A stretch of DNA of 63,130 bases, counting the filler. It is 14 parts of 14 records of this genome, joined end to end, with 100 filler letters (N's around TTAATTAATTAA, not from the genome) between each part and the next. Parts side by side here need not be neighbours in the genome. Positions count along the whole stretch, not along the records: positions 42,330 to 46,727 come from SRR7504441_23382; positions 46,828 to 51,967 come from SRR7504441_23383; positions 52,068 to 56,480 come from SRR7504441_23389; 11 more parts are not named here. One strand, given 5' to 3'. The notes under the pieces are model-generated. The model ran no database searches. It had not been told where the DNA came from and worked only from the letters and a program-made list of their open reading frames with translations. Made by a program: the position numbers and the translations under genes. Shown in pieces: positions 44,440-54,297 of the stretch. The stretch's first letter is position 1. Each line of letters opens with the position of its first letter.

Positions 44440-46167
44440 ATGGGGTCTTTCGTCGGGCTGTGGGTTGTGGCGCTGGGCTGGGCGGCTGCAGTTCCAAACA
44501 GCGGGCTGCGGTCGGTGCTGATGATCGCAGTTGACGACTTGCGGCCGCAGCTGAGCGTTTACCAGGAGGGAGGGCCTGGGATGCACACGCCCAACATCCA
44601 GAAGCTGGCTGGCCGGTCGGTGCTCTTCGAGCGAGCGTACGTGCAGGTGGCGCTTTGCATGCCCAGCCGGACCTCCATCCTGACGGGGCGCCGGCCGGAC
44701 ACCTCCCGCTCCTGGACGATCGAGCCAGACCAGTACTGGCGGCTGTCGGGCGGCAACTTCAGCACGCTGCCGCAGCACTTTCGGGAGAGCGGCTTCCTTT
44801 CACTGGGGATGGGAAAGATCGTGCGCCCCCGCCCCGGGCCCGCTTTGACTGTGCCGCAGTTTCACGAGGCCAACTGCGCCGACCAGGACGCTGAGCTCTC
44901 GTGGGACCGGCGGTCGCTCTACCCGGGCCAGGCCGAGCCAGGCAGCCGGGGCCAGCTGGGGATCTACGACCCTAAAGGCCGAGAGCGGGCGCTCGGGGCG
45001 GTTGGGATCGCGCACCGGTTCAACGACACGCTCGAGCCGCAGCTGCAGGACGGCAACCTGACGGGGCACGCCATCCGGGTGATTCAGAGCATGGCACGCG
45101 GCGGTTACGGCGCCGATGTGGCCAACAAGAGCCGGCCGTTCTTCTTGGCGATCGGGCTGCACAAGCCGCACGTTCCATGGTGGGCGCCGGCTCGCTTCTG
45201 GCGGCACTACCCGCTCGCGCAGCTGCCGGCAGTCCCGCACCCGGGGCTGGGCAGCCAAGTCCCGGCCGTTGCGCTCCAAGACGGACACATACGCCAGTGG
45301 TGTACGGGCGACCAGGATCTGGCCCAGTGGTGCGGCCCGACCCGACCGCTCTCGCGAGAATTCCCGCTGGACAACAGCAGCGTGCCGGCCGACGGGGCAC
45401 GGTACATGCGACAGGCGTACTTTGCGGCAGTCAGCTGGACTGATGCCAACATAGGCCGGATTCTGGATGCGCTCGACGCGACTCAGTTTGCGAACGACAC
45501 GGTGCTGGCGCTGTGGGGCGATCACGGCTGGAGCCTGGGCGAGAACGACCAATGGTCCAAGATGACCAACTACGAGCAGGCGACCAAGATTCCGCTCATG
45601 ATCGGGTGCGGCGGCTCGCGCTGCAAAGGCCGGTCGCGCGCGCTTGTTGAGGCAATTGACATCATGCCGACGCTGCTCGAGGAAGCCGGGCTCCCGATCC
45701 AGCCGTGCCCCGCGTCGGCCGCCCAGTCGCGCCTCACCCGGCTTTGCTCGGAGGGCCGCTCGCTCTCTCGGCTGCTCCGACAGCCCGAGAGCGGCCAGCA
45801 GGATCGAGCGGCGTACTCGCAGTTCCCGAGGCCGGAGCATCCGGAGCAAGCGGTCGACCTTTGGTGCGTGCAGGCAGGCCGGACAGACTGCCCTAACAAG
45901 ATGGGCTACTCGATCCGGACCGACCAGTATCGGTACACCCGCTGGGTCGGGTTCAACAAGTGCGCCAACGCCAGCTGCCCGGCCGCGCTCGCCGACTGGA
46001 ACACAGTGTACGGCGAGGAGCTTTACAACCACAGCTGCGCTGCTGACCGTGGCTGTCCAGATAGCTTTGGGGTGGAGACTGAAAACATTGCCGCGCTACC
46101 AACAAGCTCCGCTATCAAGAGCGAGTTACTAGCTAGGCTAAAGGCTTTCAACACTCGCGGGATCTGA
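44440..46167 (+). CDS. Secreted/lysosomal sulfatase, iduronate-2-sulfatase-like (S1 family); one in-frame intron
   Basis: VLMIAVDDLRP, CMPSRTSILTGRRPD (CxPxR), GKI|FH split by a 39-nt intron at 44821-44859, GLHKPHVP, WGDHGWSLGE, MGYSIRT. Confidence 0.95.
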   Translation: MGSFVGLWVVALGWAAAVPNSGLRSVLMIAVDDLRPQLSVYQEGGPGMHTPNIQKLAGRSVLFERAYVQVALCMPSRTSILTGRRPDTSRSWTIEPDQYWRLSGGNFSTLPQHFRESGFLSLGMGKIVRPRPGPALTVPQFHEANCADQDAELSWDRRSLYPGQAEPGSRGQLGIYDPKGRERALGAVGIAHRFNDTLEPQLQDGNLTGHAIRVIQSMARGGYGADVANKSRPFFLAIGLHKPHVPWWAPARFWRHYPLAQLPAVPHPGLGSQVPAVALQDGHIRQWCTGDQDLAQWCGPTRPLSREFPLDNSSVPADGARYMRQAYFAAVSWTDANIGRILDALDATQFANDTVLALWGDHGWSLGENDQWSKMTNYEQATKIPLMIGCGGSRCKGRSRALVEAIDIMPTLLEEAGLPIQPCPASAAQSRLTRLCSEGRSLSRLLRQPESGQQDRAAYSQFPRPEHPEQAVDLWCVQAGRTDCPNKMGYSIRTDQYRYTRWVGFNKCANASCPAALADWNTVYGEELYNHSCAADRGCPDSFGVETENIAALPTSSAIKSELLARLKAFNTRGI

Positions 46168-46925
46168 TTCTTTTCAATCAATCAAGGTCTGTAATATTGC
46201 ATCCTGTGCCCGCTAACTAGGCACTAGCTCGGCCCATTATGTTAAACTCGTTTCTTTTTGTCCTTTCCTTTTGGTTCTATTGGTTTAGGTTACTTTTGCC
46301 TACTTTTGCCGCTTCTTTGTAGCTTCCTTGCTTTGCTTTGTCCAAATTTCTTTATCAGTGGCGACGTATAGTTATGGTACGAGTAGCCCGCGTGTAAAAC
46401 CACTTTTTTCTTGATCTTTGCACCTTACTCCTCTCAGCTGCGCAGCTGCGTTTATCAGTGCGACAATATAGTTTTATTGATTTCGTGCGCGTGCTTACCC
46501 TATGCTAGTCGTCATATGTGTCATATGTGTCGCTCGTGTCAAAGTTCGCAATGGTCGACCAGCTCCGAGCATGTCGAACAGTATCGCCAGGTGTTTCGAG
46601 GACGAGCTCAACGGAAGGTCCGGTCGGGTCGGCGCCCTCAGAGACTGCGATTGAAGGTACGACTGACTCGGCTGTTGCCGCTACCGCCGGCGAACCCGGC
46701 TCCGCTGCGGCTGCGGTCTCCGCTGCGNNNNNNNNNNNNNNNNNNNNNNNNNNNNNNNNNNNNNNNNNNNNTTAATTAATTAANNNNNNNNNNNNNNNNN
46801 NNNNNNNNNNNNNNNNNNNNNNNNNNNACACTGTCGCCGGCTGGGCTGGTGCGGGCGCCACGAACCAGATGCCGTCCGTTATCCCGCATGGCAGTGGCTC
46901 GGGATAACTGAACTTGTTACTCGGC

Positions 46926-48452
46926 ATGGCAGTGGCCGAGAGCGCGCCTGACGGGGTGGCCAATCCGGCGGTGGAGCGGTTGTGGCGGCGGCTACGCAGC
47001 TCGTCCAGCCGTCCGTCACTGGCCCAGCTCGGTCGTGCCAAACTGCTCCGGCTGTCGATCGGGGGGGGCCAGCTGGCGGCGGCCTCTCTGGTGATGCAGC
47101 TCATCCTGCACCACCCGCGGCTGGGCGGGATCCGGCAGGGCACCTTCCGCGGGGGGGCGGCTCGGGTGCTCCGCTGGGCGGCGGCCGCGGTGCTGGTGCC
47201 CTCGTCGGCGATCACTTTGCTCTGCCTGGTGGTACTGGTGCTGGCCTGGCGGAGGCGGAAGGCCGACCAGGACCAGCTGCATCTCTGGACCGCGCTCGAG
47301 GCGCTCGGCCGGGACCTGCACGCCTGGGCGCAGGGCAGCAAGCACCTCCGCACCTACTCGGCCCCTGGAGTCGGCTGGCTGGCGGCCCAGGCCCCGCCGG
47401 AGTTGCTGGACCAGCGCACCCCGGACCTGACCGGCGAGTTCAGGCTGATGCTCCGCAAGCTCCGGCGACAGACCCGCCAGCGGGGCGTCACCGGCCGGAT
47501 CCAGCGGCTGGCAGCTCGGCTCGGGATGATCCGGGCACCGGTGCTCAGCAGGAAGCAGATGCTGGATGCGCTCGGGCCGCCGGCGGTGGCGGGCGGGTGG
47601 GACGGGCTCACGGTGCTGCTGATCCCCGGGCTGCTCACCCAGCACTACCCGGGGTACTTTGTGTCAATCCTGCGCGACCTGAACAGACTGGGGATAGACA
47701 CTGTTTTGTCAGGAATCAACACGGGCGGCGGGGTGCAGCAGAACGCCGAGGTCATCTTCAACGAGGTGCAGCGGATCACCAAGACCGGCCGGCGGCACCC
47801 GGCCTCCGACCTTGGCTCCGACACCACAGGGACCGACACTGCGAGCGGTGCGCCGGATAGACTCACTCGGCGGGTGGTGCTCTACGGACACAGCAAGGGC
47901 GCGGTGGACGCAGCGGCCGCCATGGCTATGTTCCCAGAAATGATACCGTGGGTGGCCGCGCTTGTGAGTGCGCAGGGCCCGCACGCCGGCAGCTGGGTGG
48001 CCAACGACCTTTCGTTCACGCAGTATCAGAAGTCGATAGCTACGTTCGCAGTCGAGCGGGCACTGGGCGGCTCGCGGGATGCCGTGTTCGACTTGGTTTA
48101 CGAGAAGCGCCAGGAGTTCATCAAAGCCTTCCCGCGGCGAGTGTGGACCGAAGTGCCGTCGATCTGCCTGGTCACCAGCGGCTGTCAGCTGCCTGAGGCA
48201 ATCCTCTCGCCGATTGTCGAGTACATGCGGTACCGGTACGGCGAGGAGCTCGGAGTTTGCGACGGACTTGTCGCGGTGCGGGATGCCGTCCTGCCAGGAT
48301 CGCCGGTTGTTCGATTGCACGACATGGACCATTTCGGACCGGCCTGGACCGGATTCCCAGCCAAGGATCGCTACAATGCCACCTACATGCTGCTTAGTCT
48401 GATCATGCTAGCGCTCAATCCAACGAATCCGAGCTCAAACGATGCGCCTTAG
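46926..48452 (+). CDS. Alpha/beta-hydrolase (lipase-like) with N-terminal transmembrane segments
   Basis: LLIPGL (oxyanion), YGHSKGAVDAAAA (nucleophile elbow), CDGLV, DMDHFG; hydrophobic stretch VLVPSSAITLLCLVVLVLAW. Confidence 0.85.
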   Translation: MAVAESAPDGVANPAVERLWRRLRSSSSRPSLAQLGRAKLLRLSIGGGQLAAASLVMQLILHHPRLGGIRQGTFRGGAARVLRWAAAAVLVPSSAITLLCLVVLVLAWRRRKADQDQLHLWTALEALGRDLHAWAQGSKHLRTYSAPGVGWLAAQAPPELLDQRTPDLTGEFRLMLRKLRRQTRQRGVTGRIQRLAARLGMIRAPVLSRKQMLDALGPPAVAGGWDGLTVLLIPGLLTQHYPGYFVSILRDLNRLGIDTVLSGINTGGGVQQNAEVIFNEVQRITKTGRRHPASDLGSDTTGTDTASGAPDRLTRRVVLYGHSKGAVDAAAAMAMFPEMIPWVAALVSAQGPHAGSWVANDLSFTQYQKSIATFAVERALGGSRDAVFDLVYEKRQEFIKAFPRRVWTEVPSICLVTSGCQLPEAILSPIVEYMRYRYGEELGVCDGLVAVRDAVLPGSPVVRLHDMDHFGPAWTGFPAKDRYNATYMLLSLIMLALNPTNPSSNDAP

Positions 48453-48518
48453 TGCAATCCCGCAGGATCATAATACTGTTAGAGTATATAGCGATTTCAT
48501 TTCGACTTATTTGCTAGT

Positions 48519-50240
48519 TCATTGAGTCTCATTGTTCTTAACCCTTTTCTTTCTCTTACTTTTCTTGGAGTCCCTAAATGTTTGTGCCATCATCAGCGCA
48601 GACGTGCTTTGACCAACAGCTCTACTCAACAAGCCTGGGCGATACTGGGTACCATCTGTCACCGCATAATTAAATCGCGAGCGGCTGCCACCGCACTCAC
48701 CTCGATTTCCACTGCAAAGCGCCAACGATGCCTGCAGTGCTTCCTTTTGAACTGCAAGAGCCGCTGATGTGAGACGTGCCACGTTGCCCTCTGCAGCCGT
48801 CGATTCTAGACCCCCGCCTGCGGCCGTTAGGTCGGCAAGCAGCTGTAGGTCGCAGACTGTGGCAAAGCTTCCGGCTGCCCCGGCTTCGTCCAGGGCTTCC
48901 ATCCGGCCTAGGAGCGCTGATATCAGGTGCTCACATGCTGCAGCTGCTTCCCCCGCCTCAGCCCTCTCCACAGCTGCCAGCCGGTGCGCGTGCACCATCA
49001 AGTAGTGGCTTCTGGACATCACCACCCCGCGCACCGGCTGCTGCGCGGCCTCGACGGCCCGCTGGCCCGCAGGTGCAGCAGGTGGGCCTGCATCGAGGTC
49101 GCCCAACTCTTGCTCGACATTGCTCTGCAACTGACGGGCTGCCTGCTGCTCCTCTGGCGACAATAAATCCACGGGCCAGATACCCAGCTGCTGCGGGCTC
49201 TCAAACCCAGCGACCTTGCAGTCATCCGCAGCACAGTCGCAACGGGTGCAGTCACAATCGAAACCAAAGGTCTCTTTAAGAGCGGACCGGCGCACGTGCC
49301 GTGGCCGGTGGAGCGCCGTGTACGAAATGGTGAGCTGCCCACCGACCGGCACAGCTGCGGCGCGCACGCTGACATTGACAGTGCACCCGCGGTCAGCCGC
49401 CCAGCCTAAGCTGTACGAGCAGGAGGGTGCACAGGCGTGGTTGAACCTGCAGGCGCCGGGGAACAAACCCATCCCGACCGTGTTGCTCCGGGCAGGACTG
49501 AATACAGTCGAGATGTCCGCCAGCTCATGGCAGTTGCACTGCTGGATAGCGCACAGGTCCTCGACTACAGCCTGGGTGCACTCCAGCCCTGCTTCTTGCA
49601 GCAGCTCCATCAAAGGGTCGACTGCACTGCTGATCATCTCGGCGCGCGCAGGGTCCGACTGCCGGAGCTGCTCCACGCTCTCCCGGTGCAGCTCGAGCGC
49701 CAGCCCGAACGGCGCGTGCCCCGGCGCAGTGCCGCGATCGCGCAGGCTGTGCAGCGCAACCAGCCGGATCAGCAGCCGCAGGTTTTCCATGGCCGCGTTC
49801 CGCGCCGGCGGTGCTGCCTGCTCATCGTCTGAGCAGTCGCTCGCGTCATCCGAGAGCGCTGCCTCCTCCTCGTCCTCTTCCATGTCCCCGGCAGCCGGTT
49901 GGTCCTCCTCTGAGCCAGCCTCCTCGGATCCGCAGGTCAGGAGGCAGAGCGCCGCGCACTCGACGGCGTGGCACTCACGAGCAGTGAGATTCGCACCCGG
50001 GTCCGCGGTGCAGCACTGGGCGCATATCCTTGTGATCTGGCAGTCGGGGCACTCCCAGCCTTGGCCCGAGGCCACTGGTCGGAGGCAGAACGAGCAGCGC
50101 TCGAACAGCTGGTCGTCCGTCGGGACAACCCCGGCTGCGCGCGCCCCGACCAGCTGCGTCCCGGGGGCAAGATTTCTGCTGGCGAACACCGCGAGCCCTC
50201 GCCCAGGGTCCGGCCGGACGATGGCGCCAGCGAGCTCCAT
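48519..50240 (-). CDS. SET/MYND-type (SMYD-like) lysine methyltransferase
   Basis: GRGLAVFASRNL, Cys-rich CSFC...CPDC...CAQC...H..EC insert, FNHACAPSC, QLTISY, FGFDCDCTRC post-SET. Confidence 0.88.
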   Translation of the reverse strand: MELAGAIVRPDPGRGLAVFASRNLAPGTQLVGARAAGVVPTDDQLFERCSFCLRPVASGQGWECPDCQITRICAQCCTADPGANLTARECHAVECAALCLLTCGSEEAGSEEDQPAAGDMEEDEEEAALSDDASDCSDDEQAAPPARNAAMENLRLLIRLVALHSLRDRGTAPGHAPFGLALELHRESVEQLRQSDPARAEMISSAVDPLMELLQEAGLECTQAVVEDLCAIQQCNCHELADISTVFSPARSNTVGMGLFPGACRFNHACAPSCSYSLGWAADRGCTVNVSVRAAAVPVGGQLTISYTALHRPRHVRRSALKETFGFDCDCTRCDCAADDCKVAGFESPQQLGIWPVDLLSPEEQQAARQLQSNVEQELGDLDAGPPAAPAGQRAVEAAQQPVRGVVMSRSHYLMVHAHRLAAVERAEAGEAAAACEHLISALLGRMEALDEAGAAGSFATVCDLQLLADLTAAGGGLESTAAEGNVARLTSAALAVQKEALQASLALCSGNRGECGGSRSRFNYAVTDGTQYRPGLLSRAVGQSTSALMMAQTFRDSKKSKRKKRVKNNETQ

Positions 50241-50449
50241 GTGTTGTTGTTGCCGTGTTGTCGTTGTGGGGTCCGGGCGCTGGTACAGACTGTCTTCAAT
50301 GGATGTACAGCCTGGGGATCCAGCGACTGATGGCGCGGAGTGAAAAAGTCGGTTAAACCGTACCGTTGTTAATCTTTCGCCCGCAAAATGGCAATCAACA
50401 CCTTAGGCTGCGGGCTGTGATGCAGGGCACCGTGTTTGCGTGGCCGAGC

Positions 50450-51025
50450 ATGCGGATAGCGTATCGGCTGGTGGTGATTGCGCTGGCGAGTCTGTTGATC
50501 GCGGCCAAGCATTGTCATGGGGATGCGCCGCCGACGGCACTCAACCGCTCGGTCGTGACCGATGGAGCTGCGAGCGGTCCAGTCAACCAATCTCTAGTGA
50601 ATGGCGTCTTGTGCGACGGCGGGTTTTGCTCGGTGCGTCCCCGCCGCTCATGCCAACCCGGCCCTCCCACCCGGCCTCTTCCTCTCACGGCCTGGCCACG
50701 CCCCTGACCCGGTGCTGACTCGGCGGCCCAGGGCACCTGCTGCCGCTGCGGGCACTCGGAGTTTTGCTGCCCGCTGCGGGACGCAATATGCTGCGCAGAT
50801 GCGGATTCGATCTACTGCTGCTCCCAATCCTTCCCCTATTGCTCACACGGCGAGTGCACAAACACTGATAGCATGCAGTTCATCGAGGTACCCGCCGGCC
50901 GGCCCGGCACGAGCAGTCCGGCAGGGCCTGTTCAGAACTACCTGAATGCTGCAGCGAGGCAGGTCCACCCTGCCAGCCAGTCGGTTGTGGATCTGAAGCA
51001 GCTCAGCTCGGCAGCCTCAGCCTAA
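50450..51025 (+). CDS. Small secreted granulin-domain protein
   Basis: Signal peptide MRIAYRLVVIALASLLIAA. A GT-AG intron at 50633-50731 gives CDGGFCS|GTCCRCGHSEFCCPLRDAICCADADSIYCCSQSFPYCSHGEC. The stop is at 51025, or at 50945 if a second 37-nt intron is spliced. Confidence 0.8.
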
Positions 51026-51201
51026 CAATAATTAGTTGTTGAAGCACACAAGAGTGTGCGGGCGGGGGAGGGGTCTATGTGTGGGGGGAAGCTTGGGGAC
51101 GGATGTGGGCGGCGCAGAGTGTGGGCGTGGCTCGCAATGCCCTTTGGGCTCTACGATGCACTAATCGTGCTCAAAATAATCCTCTTTAAATTAATTAATC
51201 A

Positions 51202-51270
51202 ACGAGTACGAGTACTACGAGTACTCGTACGTAGAACTACGCAGTCCGGTCGTACTGTACTCGTACTCGT
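51202..51270. repeat. Perfect 14-bp inverted repeats with an internal palindrome, built from CGAGTA/TACTCG units
   Basis: acgagtacgagtac at 51202-51215 and gtactcgtactcgt at 51257-51270; internal palindrome tacgagtactcgta at 51216-51229. Confidence 0.85.
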
Positions 51271-51425
51271 ACGAGTATCTAAACCCGGTGCTATGGGTAC
51301 ACACACATGGAAACGCACCAGGTAGAGCTTTGATTTAGCTTTGATTCGTGTTTCAGCCTACTGTCGCTGCTATCAAGTGTTTGTCCTAGCTAGCGCTTGA
51401 GCATTATAATCCGCAAATTTGATAA

Positions 51426-51967
51426 TTAATAATCTCGACTTCTAAAGAGCATATTCCTAATCTCATCGATCCTGTCGTCCCTCGACTGCGCGTCCATGGC
51501 ATTAAGTTTGTCTCGGATCTCCTCGCCTCGGGATTGGATAAGCTCCACCGGGTCCAGTAGCACTGCCTCTTTTGGGTGCACCCCTGCCAGTTCTGCTAAG
51601 GGCTGCATCCCGCCCTTGAGCTTCATGCTGGTCCGACTCCGCTGCTCCTCCAGCTCCTCGGCCCGCGCCTCCTCAAACGCCCGGATCCGGGCCACTCGGT
51701 CGGGATCCCCTTCATTGTCCTCTTTGACAACAAACAATGAGCGCAGCGGTGGGTCTGCCTCCGGCCTCCAGCCCTCCTTTCGGCGCTGCCTGATTCTGTC
51801 GGCGGCCTCCGTCCGGGCCACAAAGCTGGCCGCCTCAGCCTTGGCCCGCAGCTCGTGTTCAGACGGCTCTGGCGGGGGCTTGGGCGCTTCTTTTTGGCGC
51901 CTTGGGCGCTTGCTCAAAGACTCAGATGCTAGCAAGGAACCATGCAGCAAAAGGTCCCCCAGCGGCA
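51426..51967 (-). CDS. Hypothetical charged helical protein, 3' fragment
   Basis: Open frame from the contig edge to TAA 51426; Glu/Arg-rich. Confidence 0.55.
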
Positions 51968-52067
51968 NNNNNNNNNNNNNNNNNNNNNNNNNNNNNNNNN
52001 NNNNNNNNNNNTTAATTAATTAANNNNNNNNNNNNNNNNNNNNNNNNNNNNNNNNNNNNNNNNNNNN

Positions 52068-52599
52068 CTTGATCTCTGACTTCACATCGCCATAAGCGTA
52101 AGAAGACGGCGGCTTGGCGGCCTTCTTCAGCTTTACCTGTCCCACGCTGCCCGGCGCCGGCTGGCCATGCGCACCGCTCCGGCTGCGATCTCGTCCAGAT
52201 GCGAGCTCGGCGCCGGCTTGGCTGCGGCCGCCGGCTTGGCGGCTGGCAGGCCGGTTGGCTGGCCGAGGGGCGGGTTGGAGTATTGGAGTTCGTGGAAGTT
52301 GGACCCGAGCGGCGGGTGCGGGATCTCCGCCGGGGCGTAGTGTGAGAGCTCGTCCGTCGCGCAACGGAAGAAGTAGCCACCAGGGTGGCCGTGGTGCCCG
52401 AAGTGGCCGCCCGGATGCCCGGCATACCCTGGGACGAACTGTGGGTACGGCTGGGGGCGCGGGGGGGCGTGGTAGCCGGGGTGCGGGTAACTGCCAGATC
52501 CGGCGGCTAAGCAAGCTGGGCCAGTCGGCGGGCAACGCACCCTCCAGCGTGTGGGTAGCCGGCGTGGTGGCCGTAGGAGTGCATTGACGGGTGGTACAT
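52068..52599 (-). CDS. His/Tyr/Gly/Pro-rich protein with a WH2-like actin-binding motif, 3'-truncated
   Basis: Spliced: MYHPSMHSYGHHAGYPHAG|AAGSGSYPHPGYH...SSHLDEIAAGA|VKLKKA, with introns of 34 and 38 nt. Confidence 0.65.
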
Positions 52600-52633
52600 G
52601 TTGCGATGGGGCTTGGAGCCGGTGCGGGTGGTT

Positions 52634-52647
52634 ACCGTTATAACGGT
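52634..52647. promoter_or_regulatory. Palindromic double Myb-type site ACCGTTATAACGGT in a bidirectional promoter
   Basis: Perfect 14-bp palindrome between ATG 52599(-) and ATG 52729(+). Confidence 0.65.
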
Positions 52648-52728
52648 CATTCCTCAGATTGGCTTCGAGGAGGGCCGTCGCCTGTGGCGCAGCGTGGGGG
52701 CCGCGAGGACAGTGGTGGCAGCGGGTGC

Positions 52729-54155
52729 ATGAAGGAGCACCAGTCGATCTCGGGGCGGGGTGAGAGGCCGAGCAGGCCAGTGGCGCGAGCTGGGGGCAGC
52801 GCACCGGCTCGGGGCCTGCGAGCTGCTCGGTGTGATCGGGAGCGGCACCTACGGGGTGGTTTACAAGGCCAAGCAGCTCTCCACCGGGGGTACCCGCCCA
52901 CCCGCCCGCCCCCAGCCCGCGCCGGCAGAGTTTGTGGCGATCAAGCGCTCCAGGGCCGAGAAGAGGGATGAGGCTGTGGGCGCCTCCGCCGTCCGCGAGA
53001 TCAAACTGCTCCAGGTGCGGACGCCGCGGCCGACTAAACCGGCCCACCAGGAACTGTGCCGCCCGCCCTGCCACCGGGCTATTGTGGAGCTGCGGGATGT
53101 CTACGTGGACCGGTGGCAGCGGCTCAACCTGGTGTACCGTTACGAGGAGCTCGACCTGGCGTATATGATTCAGCACCATCGGGCCCGATCGCTGCCGTTC
53201 GAGCCGAGCACCGCCAAGTCGGCCGTGCACCAGATCCTGGACGGACTGAGCTTCCTGCACCAGAACTGGGTGATCCACCGAGACATCAAGCCGAGCAACA
53301 TCCTGGTGGCTCGAGCAGACGCGCTTCGGGGCCGCGGGCAGGTCGGGATGCCATCGGCGTCCGCTCAGAGCTCTGGCAGGTCAAGATCGCCGACTTTGGC
53401 ATGTCGCGGCTGTTCGAGGAGCCGTACGTCCGGCTGAACCAGGTGGACCCTGTTGTGGTGACCACATGGTACCGCGCGCCCGAGCTGATCCTCGAGGCCA
53501 AGCACTACACTTGTGCGATCGACGTCTGGGCTGTTGGGTGCATCATGGCCGAGCTGGTGGCTTGTGTGCCCGTGTTTGCGTGCGACGAGAGCAAGCCCAA
53601 GCACAAGATGGACCCGTACCCGTTCCAGCAAGAGCTGCTCGAGCTGATCGTCCGCCGGCTGGGCACCCCGTCAGCCCAGGCCTGCCCCGAACTGGCTAGC
53701 CTGCCTCGCTGGGCAGAGACCCAAACCCAAGGCCCATACGACCCGGCCGGCCGGCAGTCGCTCGCTGCCCAGCTCAAGCAGCACGAACTGCCCAGCTCCG
53801 GTGCCGGTGTCAGCGGGGCTGGCCCTAGAGTGGGGCAGGGCTCGACCTTGTCATCCGGTTGCTTGAATTCAGCCCAAACAGCCGGATATCGGCCGCCGAT
53901 GCGCTCGAGCACCAGCACTTCCAGGACGCGCCGGGGCCGAGCAGCAACGTGTTCGACAAGCCGAACTCCGATATCTACCCAGCTAGGCCAATCAAACCGG
54001 TGCTGGCCGCGGCGGCGCTCGGCTTAGTTGCCGGACAGTTGCCGCCGGAGGCCAAAGACGAGCCGCCGCCACCCCCGAGTGTGTCCTCTAAACGGGCTTT
54101 AGATGGCAAGCCGCTACCGCCTAGTAAGACCTTACGCCAATCTGCGACCTTATGA
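52729..54155 (+). CDS. CDK8: Cyclin-dependent kinase of the CDK8/CDKE (Mediator kinase) type, 5 short introns
   Basis: GSGTYGVVYKA, SAVREIKLL, HQNWVIHRDIKPSNILV, RGQ|VKIADFGMSRLF, DPVVVTTWYRAPELILEAKHYTCAIDVWAVGCI. Confidence 0.85.
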
Positions 54156-54297
54156 CATCGTCACGGGACTGTCCCACTACCACCAAGCTTTACTTTAGTA
54201 CGGTATTTCGAGCTTGATCCACCTAACACTGTCACTTTGCTCACTTACTAACTGACGATTTTTCATGTAATCTCGCAAGCACCCATTAATTGATTTT

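Noticed and set aside
44800-46032. Long antisense and alternative-frame ORFs (for example 44800-46032, 36334-37308, 49216-50343)
   Set aside because: These are shadow ORFs expected in GC-rich coding DNA; the opposite strand carries the recognisable protein.
51186-51200. TTAAATTAATTAATC resembling the linker
   Set aside because: It is not flanked by Ns and is not an exact match; it is ordinary AT-rich intergenic sequence.
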